Positions 14,689-26,748 are shown, counted from the first letter of the stretch. The stretch is DNA of 64,000 nt from Octopus sinensis (GCF_006345805.1 NC_043001.1:102610001-102674000); one strand, 5' to 3'. Notes: a model not told the origin generated them from the letters alone. Made by a program: numbers and translations.

Positions 14689-16039
14689 ACTAGTTTTCAA
14701 ATGGAAATTGTAGTTGTGATACCTGTGCCGGTGGCACATAAAAAGCCCCGTCCAAATGAGGCCAATGCCAGCGCCGCCTTGACTGGCTTCTGTGCCAGTG
14801 GCACGTAAAAAGCACCCACTACACTCATGGAGTGGTTGGCGTTAGGAAGGGCATCAAGCTGTAAAAACACTGCCAGATCAGACTGGAGCCTGGTGCAGCC
14901 TCCTGGCTTCCCAAACCCCAGTCGAACCGTCCAACTCGTGCTAGCACGGAAAACGGATGTTAAATGATGATGAGTTTAAGTCTTATTTTAGTTTTGTAAC
15001 ATCAGTATCAAACTGGTGGTGGTGGTGGTGACAGCAATGGTGGAGGAGAGAATAAATAAAACAACACAGATGTCGTTTTACTCCTTGACATCTCTAGATT
15101 TAACAAACAGGAGGAGATTTTAGAATCCACTTCCTTCTACCCAAAAAGTTCCATAATTTTGCTGTTTGTTATGGGACAAACCAAGAGATCAGGTGAAGAA
15201 TTAATAAAATCACTTTTGCAACTAATTCTTGTTTTGAACAACTGTCCCAATAATAGATTATTTCTTCAATTATAGCTGAAAATAAAACTATTCCTGCTGG
15301 GGAAATAACCACAGCATAAAATGGAAGATAATTTCAATCAGTTACAAAAACTGAATCTAATGAATAAAAAATAAAAAAAGAACAACCCAAAAGGAATTAT
15401 AAATGGACTAACACATATAATTACTTTGGAAAGTCTCTATCATAACCTATGGCATTTTAGTACTTCAAGAGAGGAGAATGTTAATTAATAGCAAATTTAC
15501 TGAGAACTAGTCCAATCAAAACAAGTCATTGCCGTTACATTAATCAAATAGAATAACTTTTTTAAATGTTAAAAAATAGCTTTTCTTTTTCATTTCTAAT
15601 AAATGAGAAGAAATATAGATGAATGTATATTATGCATGAAAAGACAAAATAATCTCTTCTATATTTTCTAGGTGTTTACTACCACTACCGCAAGATATGT
15701 GAAGGTAAAATTCCAAAAACAAATAAAGAACTGTCTGAAATATTGAATGAAAGATTTTAAATGACTAGTTTTATGCTTGAATGAATTCCTTGAGAATCTC
15801 TCTTCTATGTATAGTTTAGCTTATATAAGTTTTCAGAGAATGGAAAAATTTGAGATTATTTCATCTTATGAAGTCTTGTTTAAAACATGAAAGTGAACTT
15901 ATAAAGTACAATGACACCTGAAATGTGTGTAACTAAATTTAGCCATTCTCACTGACTTCAATGTACATCTTGCTGACAGAGTAGATAGGTAAGTAAGTTT
16001 ACTATTGAGGGAATAAGGGGTTTACCATGTTCATTATCT

Positions 16040-16418
16040 TTTATCTTTTACTTATTTCAGTCATTAGACTGCCTTGAAAGGTTTTAGATAAACGAATCAA
16101 TCCCAGTGCTTATTTTTATTTTTAAAGCCTGATATTTATCTTATTAGTGTCTTTTGCCAAAACCGCTAAGTTATGGGTATATAAACGCATCAACACCAGC
16201 TGTCAAGAAGCAGTGGGGACAAATACAGCACAAAGACACATACACACCCACATATGACAGGCTTCTTTCAGTTTCTATCTACCAAATCCACTCACAAGGC
16301 TTACGTTGGCCCAACACTGTAGTAAAAGGCACTTTACCAAGGTGACACACTGTAAGATTGAACTCAGAACCTTGTGGTCCGGAAATAAACTGCATACCAC
16401 ACAGCCATGCCTGCACCT
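16040..16418 (-). mobile_element. SINE family B copy (older)
   Basis: tttcagtcattagactg…ctttcagtttctatctaccaaatccactcacaagg…ccacacagccatgcctgc. Confidence 0.8.
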
Positions 16419-16562
16419 AATATACACACATGTAAGCAAAAACAAAAAAAAACATATACACATCTAACAGTTATTTGTAAAAGGAATAACTTATTTTTTT
16501 TGCCAAAATGCTAATGAGTAACACTAAGGTTTAAAATAAGATTATGAAAATAATTAGCATAC

Positions 16563-17078
16563 CTGAACATGGTTCTTTGATGTAAGAGGAGTCACAAGAG
16601 CTTCTAGTTTGTGCCAATTCCACGTAGATGAAGTACATGAATCAGCAGTATTTGAGTTAGAAAAAAAAGCTTTTGAGTCACAAGTCTTAAAAGAATTTGA
16701 TGTGTTTGAATCATCTAAATTTCTAGATGTATCTGTCAAGATAGAATTTTGACTTGTGGCACCAAGGGAGGCCCAACTATGGTGGTGAAATATTAATGGG
16801 GATTCATTAAACTGCAATCTCTTCTGAAGCCCCAGTTCAGCATCGCTGTGTCTTTCTCCTGTCTTGTTTACACTAATGTGCGATTCCTCACCAACATCAG
16901 ATTCTAATGACTTCACACATCTAGGTCTTTTCATTCTTGAAGACTCGCTGAACGGAGAAAAACAGTCCATCTGTTGAGTGAGGTTGGTCTTGCCTTGTAT
17001 AGAACCTTCATTATTCTGGATGTGCTCAAAGGCCTTTCTCAATCGGCTCCGAAATGTATTATTTTTTTTAGATTGTCT
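16563..17078 (-). CDS. Next coding exon of the same gene (516 nt, 172 codons, phase 0/0)
   Basis: Acceptor ttttttctttttaaaactttag|AGA CAA TCT joins in frame to the upstream exon (5303-nt intron). Donor GTT CAG|gtatgc. Translation RQSKKNNTFRSRLRKAF...LVTPLTSKNHVQ. It could alternatively be terminal (…QVC*, stop at 16554). Confidence 0.8.
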
Positions 17079-18085
17079 CTAAAGTTTTAAAAAGAAAAAA
17101 ATGATGATGATAATAATAATAATAATAATAGTAATAACAACACAGAAAGAATGAAATATAGTCAAAGCAACAAAAACAGAATATCAACATTTTTAATGTG
17201 ATAAATTCACGATAAATATAAGAAGTTGTGCATAAATTTGAGTCTAAAGTTGATATGAACTTAGTGCAACTGCTGTATTGTTGCGCTAAAATAATTCAGC
17301 TGAAAGTTTCCAAGTTATTCTACTTGAAATTTTCTGAACATAACACTTTCATTATATAATTTATCCTATTAAGGACACAGTTTGCATGTAGGAAGAATGT
17401 TACGACAAGCTTCATCATTCAATTTATGCTTGCACATTAACGACACTCTTGTGAAGTCAAGCTTACTTTATGCTTCTACATTTCTTGAAACCATCTAACT
17501 TGTTATTCTTTGTAGGACTGTGGCCATGCTGGAGTACCACCTTAATTTATTTTCTCCCCTTGAATGGCTTGCTGGCCTGATATTATCATTGAAAGTTTAT
17601 CTAATGTTTTTGAATTTCTCAGTAGAGGTCCCTTTTATATTTTTGATTTCTATAAGTAGGCAGTTGAACAGTTGAGGACCCCTAAATATCAGACTGGTAC
17701 AATAGAGTGTTTATGCTCACAAAAAATAATTATAAATCTAGCATTCACCTTTGGAAAATTATCCCTAAATTTTGCATTATATAATTTAGTAATTTTTACA
17801 GAATTGGCTAAGATCATAAACTGTGAACCACTATTACAGCTGAATCATTCAGTGACTCTTGAACCTACCAAACTACCGTATATAGTTGGTTGAATGTATT
17901 TGTAACGATAAATCTGCAGCAACGTGATTGTAAAGATAATATTGGAACCAATGTTGACATTGGTAACACTACTCGACAATGGTTACAGCTCAGAAGTTAG
18001 AAACAGTGAAAGAGTAAAAGAAAACGGGACATCAATAATTGAGCTGCTTATGAACAACTCCAAACACAGTAACAAACACTGTCAG

Positions 18086-18453
18086 GTAGTTATTTACATT
18101 AGACGGATATTTGTCCTCACCCTCCAGCTTTCATAAAGGTATCTTGGGGGAATTTCAAACCTGGGTTCTCGTTTCTAAGGTATTTTTCTAATGTTACTAT
18201 TATTCAGTTCTATATTTAAGAGACGAGGAATTATGTACATTGTTTACATTATTTACATTTGGCGGATATTTGTCCTCATCTTGTTTGTTGTTAACACAAC
18301 GTTTCGGCTGATATACCCTCCAGCCTTCAAGACACCAGATGAAGGCTGGAGGGTATATCAGTTAAAATGTTGTGTTAACAACAAACAAGATGAGGACAAA
18401 TATCCATCAATGTAAATAATGTACATAATTCCTCATCTCTCAAAAATAGAACT
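18086..18453. mobile_element. Pseudo-LTR-only derivative of the same PLE: about 250-bp palindrome (18206-18453) plus an extra partial pLTR (18086-18205)
   Basis: Same termini as the 57791-58973 element (agttctatatttaagag… / …ctctcaaaaatagaact). The two arms meet at the hammerhead segment (…ccagccttca agacacc agatgaaggctgg…). No coding sequence. Confidence 0.85.
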
Positions 18454-18639
18454 ACTGTCAGATAGATATAATGGTATACCAATGTTATCTTTTGATTCAC
18501 AACTCAATCATAATATATTTTGTTCCAATTAAAACAAAATTTCTTCAAGATATTAGAACAAATCAGTTAGAAAATCTCTATAAGAGATCAGAGCAGTAAC
18601 TATACTGAGAAGTAGTGATAATTGTCACTTAAGCATGGC

Positions 18640-19100
18640 TGTTCCATAGGAACCGATATTACTGCTATTTTTAACCCCAGGAGGACACATCCTCCAGCTA
18701 GTTATTTGATGCAATCCACACCCAATATATATTGCAAGCAAGGGAGTGAACTCCTACCTTCTTCTAACCATGAGACCACCAGACCATATGGCTTTGACCT
18801 CTTTGTGATCATCTAAACTAGCTAATTTGCTTGTTGTGAGATCAGTAACTGTGTGCCACTAACTTTTCTATATATTTCATGCCGAAATGAACTGCAGCTA
18901 TCACTAGCAGGCAAGTATCCACCACTGAGGATGACCACAAAGAGGTCAAAACTGTAGGGTTTGGTGCTCTCATGACTAGATGGTAGAGGTTCACTCCCCT
19001 GCCTGCAATATATATCAGGTGCAGATTGCAACAAATAACCAGCTGGAAGAAGCATCCTCTTCAGGTTAAAAGTAGCAATAACATTGGTTCCTACAGAACA
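18640..19100. repeat. Long imperfect inverted repeat (about 175-bp arms, about 115-bp spacer), MITE-like with TGT…ACA ends
   Basis: 18640-18813 aligns to the reverse complement of 18930-19100 (about 80% by eye). This explains the paired ORFs 18622-18816(+) and 18822-19055(-). Confidence 0.75.
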
Positions 19101-19295
19101 AATAATTCTTCTACCATTTGATTTTAAACCCTAAAGGTTTTGTCCTTGTCCACACACACATATTCTTTAAGAGTTCGTAATAAACACTCTGATAATGATA
19201 TCCTAGGACATCAACAGGGCTGACATTTATAACATCTCAGTTACAACAGCAGCAACATGTATAAAAACAAGGCAAGTTGGATTGAAAAAAATATT

Positions 19296-19720
19296 CATCA
19301 TCATCATCATTTAACGTCCGTTCACCATGCTAGCATGGGTTGGACGGTTCGACCGTGGTCTGGTAATCTGTGTAGGCTGCACCAGGCTCTAGTCTGATTT
19401 GGCAGTGTTTCTACAGCTGGATGCCCTTCCTAACGCCAACCACTCCGAGAGTGTAGAGGGTGTTTTTTAAATGCTACCGGCACAGGGGCCAGAGCAGGCT
19501 GGCAAACGGCCACAATCGGTTGGTGCTTTTACGTGTCACCGACACAGACGCCAGTCAAGCAGCGCTGGCATCTGCCACATTCGGACGGTGTTTCTTATGT
19601 GGCACCGGCACAGGTATCTTAACTACAATTTCCATTTGACTTTTATCTGGCATCTGCCACGTTCGAATGGTGCTTCTTACATGGCACCGGCACAGGTATC
19701 TTAACTACAATTTCCATTGA
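19296..19720 (-). mobile_element. Repeat family C copy with an internal tandem duplication of about 82 bp (19567-19720)
   Basis: catcatcatttaacgtccg…; tggcatctgccac…aactacaatttccatt occurs twice. Confidence 0.85.
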
Positions 19721-20654
19721 TTTTTTTTTTCTGGAAATTTAATTCAAAAGTGAAATGAAAATGAATGGAAATGTTTTTTTTAAATAGTAAATAAATAACA
19801 AAGTAAATTAATAAAATGAGAATATAACTATTTCTTCAAGAAGTATACACCTAACTTTTAAGGAGCAATCACTTATGTACACAGTTGAGAAAAGCGAATA
19901 ACTGCAAACCTAATTGCTTCTAGTTGCTTCCAAAATGTGAATTTCATTCATTACAGAATTTAGACACCTCAATATGTATTCTAAGCCATTAGCACATTAC
20001 CTTCAGATATGTTTTCTGCATTACATGTGTGTTTGCCTCTGTGTGTATGCATGTGTATTTGTGAGAGAGAGAGAGAGAGAGGGAGAGTATGCATGCTCAC
20101 ACATACACACATTCTTGATAATATTAATGTGTATTTGTGTGAACACACACACATTTTATATTTTTCACTGAACAATACAGTAAATCACACCAATGTTAAA
20201 AATTTAAATTGTTTCAAACTGAAACCAAGAAATACAACAGTTCTTCAATGAATGAAACCATTTAAGCACAGAGTTTAATTTAAGTGGCACTGAAATGGAT
20301 TCTGTGTACTTAAATATGAACTAAAAGCTTTCGATGGTGCTGAGTTCACTAAAGAATGAAAGGACATCATCAACAAATCAGAATATTATGAAAACCGACA
20401 AGTAAAATTTACACTAGTGACTATCAATAGATACCTGATATAGATTAGAAATAAGGAACATCATTATTATAATCAGCAAATCATTTTGTCCATTCGTAAG
20501 ATAATTTGCCTTTGTTCCGTAAGAGGTCCACTCCAATGGAGTGACACTAAATTTTACACTAATGAAATAACTGGTACCAGTGAGACGGGAACTTTGGTAG
20601 ATTAAGATTAAACATTACCAACACAAAAATGTTATGCTGTTAATACTCACTTTA

Positions 20655-21059
20655 CTCTTTTACTCTTTTACTTGTTTCAGTCATTTGGCTGCGGCCATGC
20701 TGGAGCACCACCTTTAGTCGAGCAAATCGACCCCGGGACTTATTCTTTGTAAGCCCAGTACTTATTCTATCGGTCTCTTTTGTCGAACCGCTAAGTGACA
20801 GGGACATAAACACACCAGCATCGGTTGTCAAGCAATGCTAGGGGGACAAACACAGACACACAAACACAGATATATATATATATATATATACATATATACG
20901 ATGGGCTTCTTTCAGTTTCCATCTACCAAATCCACTCACAAGGCATTGGTCGGCCCGGGGCTATAGCAGAAGACACCTGCCCAAGATGCCACGCAGTGGG
21001 ACTGAACCTGGAACCATGTGGTTGGTTAGCAAGCTACTTACCACACAGCCACTCCTGCA
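20655..21059 (-). mobile_element. SINE family B full-length copy
   Basis: Reverse complement of 21490-21918 (about 90%+ identical by eye). Confidence 0.88.
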
Positions 21060-21368
21060 CCACTACTGCTGCTGTATTTTAAAAAATTTTACAGCTTTCG
21101 GTTCCTATCAAACATAACCTGGTTAATTCTTCAAAAGTGTATATTTGCCCATAAATAAAGCTGTTTGTTCTCTCAAAATAAAATATCTAACAAGGCTGCT
21201 ATTTGAATTTCAGTAGAAAATACTCATCTCAACACTATAATGTATCATCATCTTTTAAGATCACAACATAATGACCACAGAATTATTCCAGTCCACTCAG
21301 TCTCGTTGTGCTTCCTATTGTTACATAAAATAACTGACTGATTCTCTTCTCTAAGGTAACAGCAAATA

Positions 21369-21648
21369 CAGGGTGTTCAAGAAGTCTCTCTGCAGTAAGT
21401 ATTTTATTGCAAAATAAAATATCTATAAGATGGTATAAAACTACAAAAGAATATATCAGACTTTACAAGACTTAAAAAAAAAACTTTATAAGGAGTGGCT
21501 GTGTGGTAAGTAGCTTGCTTACAAACCACATGGTTCCGGGTTCAGTCCCACTGCGTAGCACCTTGGACAAGTGTCTTCTACTATAGCCTCGGGCCGACCA
21601 AAGCCTTGTGAGTGGATTTGGTAGACGGAAACTGAAAAGAAGCCCGTC

Positions 21649-21699
<51 letters not shown>

Positions 21700-22033
21700 T
21701 GTGTGTGTTTGTGTGTCTGTGTTTGTCCCCCTAACATTGCTTGACAACCGATGCTGGTGTGTTTATGTCCCCGTTACTTAGCGGTTCGGCAAAAGAGACC
21801 GATAGAATAAGTACTGGGCTTACAAAAGAATAAGTCCCAGGGCCAAGTTGCTCGATTAAAGGTGGTGCTCCAGCATGGCCGCAGTCAAATGACTGAAACA
21901 ATTAAAAGAGTAAAAGAGAGATGTTGAAAGAGCCGTCCTTCGTTTTCAATACATAAGTTGGCTCTTCTACACATGTTTTGAAATACATCTTGGAGGAAAA
22001 AATCCACTGCGGAAAGACTTTTTGAACACCCTG
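21369..22033. mobile_element. Tc1/mariner-type MITE interrupted by a SINE
   Basis: TA|CAGGGTGTTCAAGAAGTCT at the left end and AGACTTTTTGAACACCCTG|CA at the right end (TIR pair, one TA decayed). A SINE occupies about 21490-21918. Confidence 0.75.
21490..21918 (+). mobile_element. tRNA-derived SINE family B (CORE-like CACCTTGG(G/A)CAAG, internal (AT)n/(GT)n, aaagagt tail)
   Basis: Head aggagtggctgtgtggtaag…gggttcagtccc with A/B boxes. Other copies: about 3688-3830(+), 16040-16418(-), 26420-26748(-), 38470-38600(-), 40825-40985(-), 42500-43115(-), 45505-45830(-), 55290-55375(-), 57375-57500(+), 59065-59300(-). Confidence 0.88.
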
Positions 22034-22381
22034 CAGCATACATTTCTTGTACTGCTCCTTTTTTTTTCCTTCCCTTTTAAGTGTTTCCAGGTAAAGTTGA
22101 TAGTGCGAATCCAATCAACTACTTGACCTCTCCACTGCTAATTGTTCACAAAACACTCTCGAAAGGGTCGTCTCAATACTATGATTTGCACTACAACACT
22201 AAAGTATGAATAAGCTGCATGATTTCCTAGTTCCATATTAATCCTTAAATACAAATATTATCAACTTTGGCCGTGTAAAAGGATCCACATATCACTTCCC
22301 TTTTTATAAGAAATTTCAGTATCTAAAATATAATTAAAATAGAATAATTAATAATATATATATATATATAAATAAAATTAC

Positions 22382-23137
22382 CCTTTTTGAGTTGGTCTTC
22401 TTAAGATTGTTTCTTGATGAATCACTAGCAGAAGCAGATCTAGCGCTGACAGGTGTGCTGTTTAAGTGGGAAAAGCGTACTTTATTCTGCAAAGTCTTCA
22501 AAGGCACACTAGCAATTTCCATTCCATTCTCAGGTGCTCTGCAATGATCTGAAATTAGCTGTGGTGAAGTTTCACGATGTGAAGATTTTCTTTTCCTTGA
22601 CAGTGGTATACTCTGTAGGATGTTCCCTTGTGAACATTCAGTGTTATGTAGCACAGAATTAACTGGCAGGGAGGAGAGATTACAGCATTTTCTGTCAGGC
22701 AGTGAAACACTAGTTTCACTCTGGGAAGAGACAAAGGAATCTGACAGAGCTTTATCTGAGTTGTGACACTGTTTTAATTCCGAAGCAGGTTTACAATCAG
22801 AAGACTTTGTGTTGTTTTCTTGTACAGGTGAAGTAGTTTCATCAAAACTGCTGCAGGTACTCAGAAACACACTGTCACTGAACTCTTCCTGTCTACTGTC
22901 AGAAAAAATATTCTCAGACTGACTGCTGTTTGGTTGAGAAGCTTGTTTTGCAGGACAGTTGTGGGGGCTTATAATGTCTTTAAGTCGACACACAGGCAGT
23001 ACTTCATGGAACTTTTGAGTAGCAGCAGTGATAGAGTAATCTTTGTGAAAACTACAATCATTAACTGGTGAGTTGATGTTGTTCACTTCATCGTTTCCTT
23101 CTTGCATGGAGGACTTCATTTTAGACTTTTGTGCAGA
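22382..23137 (-). CDS. Large internal coding exon (756 nt, 252 codons, phase 0/0) of an unidentified Ser-rich, probably disordered protein
   Basis: Lies in the longest non-repeat ORF (22334-23200). Acceptor ttttctttgtctttctttgcag|TCT GCA CAA AAG; donor AAA AGG|gtaatt. Translation SAQKSKMKSS...NLKKTNSKR, with an RKRK basic cluster and several S/T-P sites. Confidence 0.85.
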
Positions 23138-23694
23138 CTGCAAAGAAAGACAAAGAAAAATGTCAGACAAACTGAAGCAGCTTTTGTACTTTTGAAACAA
23201 TAACCATCTTCGTTTTATCTTCTTTTGTATTGCTTTATCAATATTAATTTGGAAAGAAAGTTCTATAAACTTAGTATTCAGTTACATAAAATATTAAGTG
23301 TTTCCCTCTTAAACACTTCCCATACCAAAAATGCCAGTGAAGATGACAGCAATGGAGCAAATACTACGACTGCTCTTGGTTGTGGGTAAGCTAGGGGAAT
23401 AAGTTTAATCCATCACTCGCTTTAATACCATTATCTGGGTTATGAAGGGGTTTTAACTAAAACCCCTTCGATGCAAGCACTCAGAACAGGTTTTTAGTTT
23501 GAAGATAATTCAGAAAATAAGAGATGTCCTTCCTCTTCACATTCCTCTCTTGAAGGCTCTACAAGATCTCCTAAGTACTGGCCCACCAATCGTCAAAGAC
23601 ATAAAAAAAAATTAAAAGGTAACTTAATCCATTCATGACCACATGAAGATAATACACAATTTGGAAGGTTTTAATAAAGTAACTTTTTCACTGT

Positions 23695-23931
23695 TTAATC
23701 CTTTAGCATTCAGATTACTTTGAATGCTGTTGATGATGATGATGATGATGATGATGTTGATGATGATGATTACTCTGTCAAATGTAATACTCATTTATTT
23801 ACATAGTTCTGAATAAATCATGCATCATCTCATAGCTTTGAGATTTGGATGATGAGAATGTTATTTTTAGATGGCATTGTAGGATAGGTGTGAGAGGTTG
23901 GATATAGACAGTTTAAACGTTAAAGGATTAA
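23695..23931. mobile_element. piggyBac-like MITE (same family, opposite orientation), containing a (GAT)n tract
   Basis: TTAA|TCCTTTAGCATT…AACGTTAAAGGA|TTAA; internal sequence is similar to the 14472 copy and antisense to the 25000 copy. Confidence 0.7.
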
Positions 23932-24999
23932 GCTTGCGTTTGAAACACAACAAAAACTTCTTAGAAAGAATGAAATATTTAATTCAGATATGGGAGGCTT
24001 TGCATCCTAGAACTAGAATTGTTCTCAGGAAGGTTGGTAAACAAGAGGATTAAACAGGCAATAAACAATTATGATGGTCACGATGAGACCTAATGACAGG
24101 AGGAGGATAAAAGCACTTCAACCATTTAATCACTATAACTTACAATTTCATTTCAAATACACATGTAAATGATTTGCTACAAATTTAAGCCAGTGGATAT
24201 TCCAGCTTTTTTCACAAAAGGTAGAGGCAATGACTTAATTGTCAGACTAGGTGCCAGCATATTGGTAAAGGTAAGGAATTTACTGAACACATGTTTTGGT
24301 TTTCTGAGGTGATTTAGGAGACAATTCTTATTGGGGTGGGGTGGGGGATTGGCATATTATGTACTTGGCATTGTTTCCACACCCATAGTTACCTGAGGAT
24401 ACAAATGAATAAATAGGAATATCCTTAATTGCTAATAAACATGGTTTTAGTTATCTATGAGAAGGAGCAGTTGTTGTTTGCATACAGGGGTAGAAAGTCA
24501 CCCACACAAACATAAATGCACATTCTCTTTCTCTCTCTCTCTTACCCCCAACTGTGTAAGGATATATATTAATGAGTGGTTACTGGCTAAAGATCTTTGC
24601 TTTGATTTGTATTGCTTTATCTTCTAAAAATAGAGGGGAAATATGAATCACATCCCATTAATGATTGCTTTCACCTTGTCCCTCCCATGAGATATTAAAT
24701 ACCTGACCTCTGATAACATATGATCAATGTTTATTGGCAATATTAGACATGAAACACATGCAGCACACATTTTCGAACAGCTAATATATGTGACATGAGC
24801 GGGCTTCTTGCTTTTACAAAATAACCTTACAGCTATGTAATAACTGAATAATCAACTTCTGTATCCTACAAAATATCAGCAACTATTGTTGATATTTTAC
24901 AAACCAGCTAATATTAGACAACGGCCCAGCTACTATGTGATGACTGCAAACACATATCTATAGAGAAATTATAAATTCACTTCATAAGCAAAATGAAAT

Positions 25000-25223
25000 T
25001 TAACCCTGTAGCATTTAAATTGGCTGTATCTGGTCCAAATATTCTACCTGTTTTATGTTCAAACTGGCCAGATCTAGCCTTTCACACCTACCCTAAAATC
25101 TCCTTCTAAAGATAAACAATTGCATCATCAAAACCTTAAAATCATAGGATAAAGTATGATTCATTGAAAATGATGTGATTAAGTATTATGTTTGATACAA
25201 TAATCTGAATGCTGCAGGGTTAA
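25000..25223. mobile_element. piggyBac-like MITE
   Basis: TTAA|CCCTGTAGCATT…AATGCTGCAGGG|TTAA. Confidence 0.8.
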
Positions 25224-25886
25224 CAATGGCCTTATTTAAATCTGACCATTGTAAGTAGTGTGTGCAATGTAGTCTGACCATTGTAAATAGTGTGTGCAAT
25301 GTGAGGCTGCAGTTTCAATATTAAGAACATATGACGTACAAGTAAAAGATGAATGGTAGAAATAAACTGAAAGGTGTAAATGTCCCTAAGATGAACATAG
25401 CATTGTATATGCTTGCTGATAATGCACACACAAACACACACATTCCTATGAAAAGCATACTATGTGTGTGTAAAATGCAGCAAGTTTGGCATTATGTATG
25501 AAAAGTTAGCAGTAAATAAATCTGCGAGATCTGTGTGTTTTTATACATGTAAGCCTATAGACAGTCCTGTGTGTGCAAATGCTTGGAATAGTCAAGTTTC
25601 TAGGAGTGGTTGGTGTTAGGAAGGGCATCCAGCTGTAGAAACTTTGCCAGATCAAATTGGAGCCTGATGCAGCCTTTTGGCTCACCAGTCCTCAGTCAAA
25701 CCGTCCAACCCATGCCAGCATGGAAAGCAGACGTTAAACGACAATGATGACGAATGTTAACATATTTGATGCAATGAGGAGCAAAAAAACAATCAGAAAT
25801 AATTCTGTGGTAAGGAAAAGACAACACTAACTTTCTCAGTCCTTAACATATCAGCTAAATTGTAGTTGGTGCCATTCGGCACTCAC

Positions 25887-25897
25887 CATTTCTGGAA
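25887..25897 (-). CDS. Candidate 11-nt micro-exon ending in ATG (start codon or xPEM), upstream of the 756-nt exon
   Basis: attacacag|TTCCAGAAATG|gtgagt: strong donor, and phase 0 matches the next exon. The acceptor tract is weak and a chance match cannot be excluded. Confidence 0.3.
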
Positions 25898-26419
25898 CTG
25901 TGTAATATGGTCAAATTAATAAAGACATATACATGTGCTTAGATAATAATAACTTTGGGATCCAAAAATGAACTCGTTACTTATCACAGGATTTCACAAG
26001 TTAATATTAAGAAGTTGGCATTCTTAAAATTTTCTACTGATGTGATTCTGTTGCAGCAAACATTATGGTTTTAACAATAGCAAGAGACAAAATCATTTCT
26101 ATCTTTAACATAAAGCAAAACAGATCACATTTAATTAAAGATGGCACAAATATACTTAATGTAGTAAGATGAGAAATTTTAATTCCTTAAAATTACAGCC
26201 ATAATGAGGAGAAAATTTAATAATTTGATGATCAATGCAGGGCAGACAACCTCAGAATTTAACTTAATTAAAGTTGAATACTAAACAGTTGGGGAGGGAG
26301 GAGGTAAATATTGGCAGCTCATGCACAACTTTTGTCGGGTTTTGGCTTTATTTAACCTAATTAACAAAGTCTAGGCAAACTACTAGAGGCGAGATTGAAT
26401 ATGATTTGATATATATATT

Positions 26420-26748
26420 CTTTTATCCTTTTACTTGTTTCAATCATTTGACTGCAAACATGCTGGAGCACCGCCATTAGTTGAGCAAATGAACTGCAGG
26501 ATTTTTCCTTTGTAAGCTTAGTACATATTCTATCAGTTTCTTAGCAATGGGGGTGGGGACAAACAGAGACGCACACACACTCACATATATATATATATAT
26601 ACGACGAGCTTCTTTCAGTTTCCGTCTACCAAATCCACTCGGCCTGAGGCTACATTAGAAGACATCTCCCCAAGGTGCTATGCAGTGGGACTGAACCCAG
26701 AACCATGTGGTTGGGAAGCAAGCTTCTTACCACACAGCCACTCCTGCA
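26420..26748 (-). mobile_element. SINE family B copy
   Basis: ttttacttgtttcaatcatttgactgc…ttccgtctaccaaatccactc…ccacacagccactcctgc. Confidence 0.8.
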
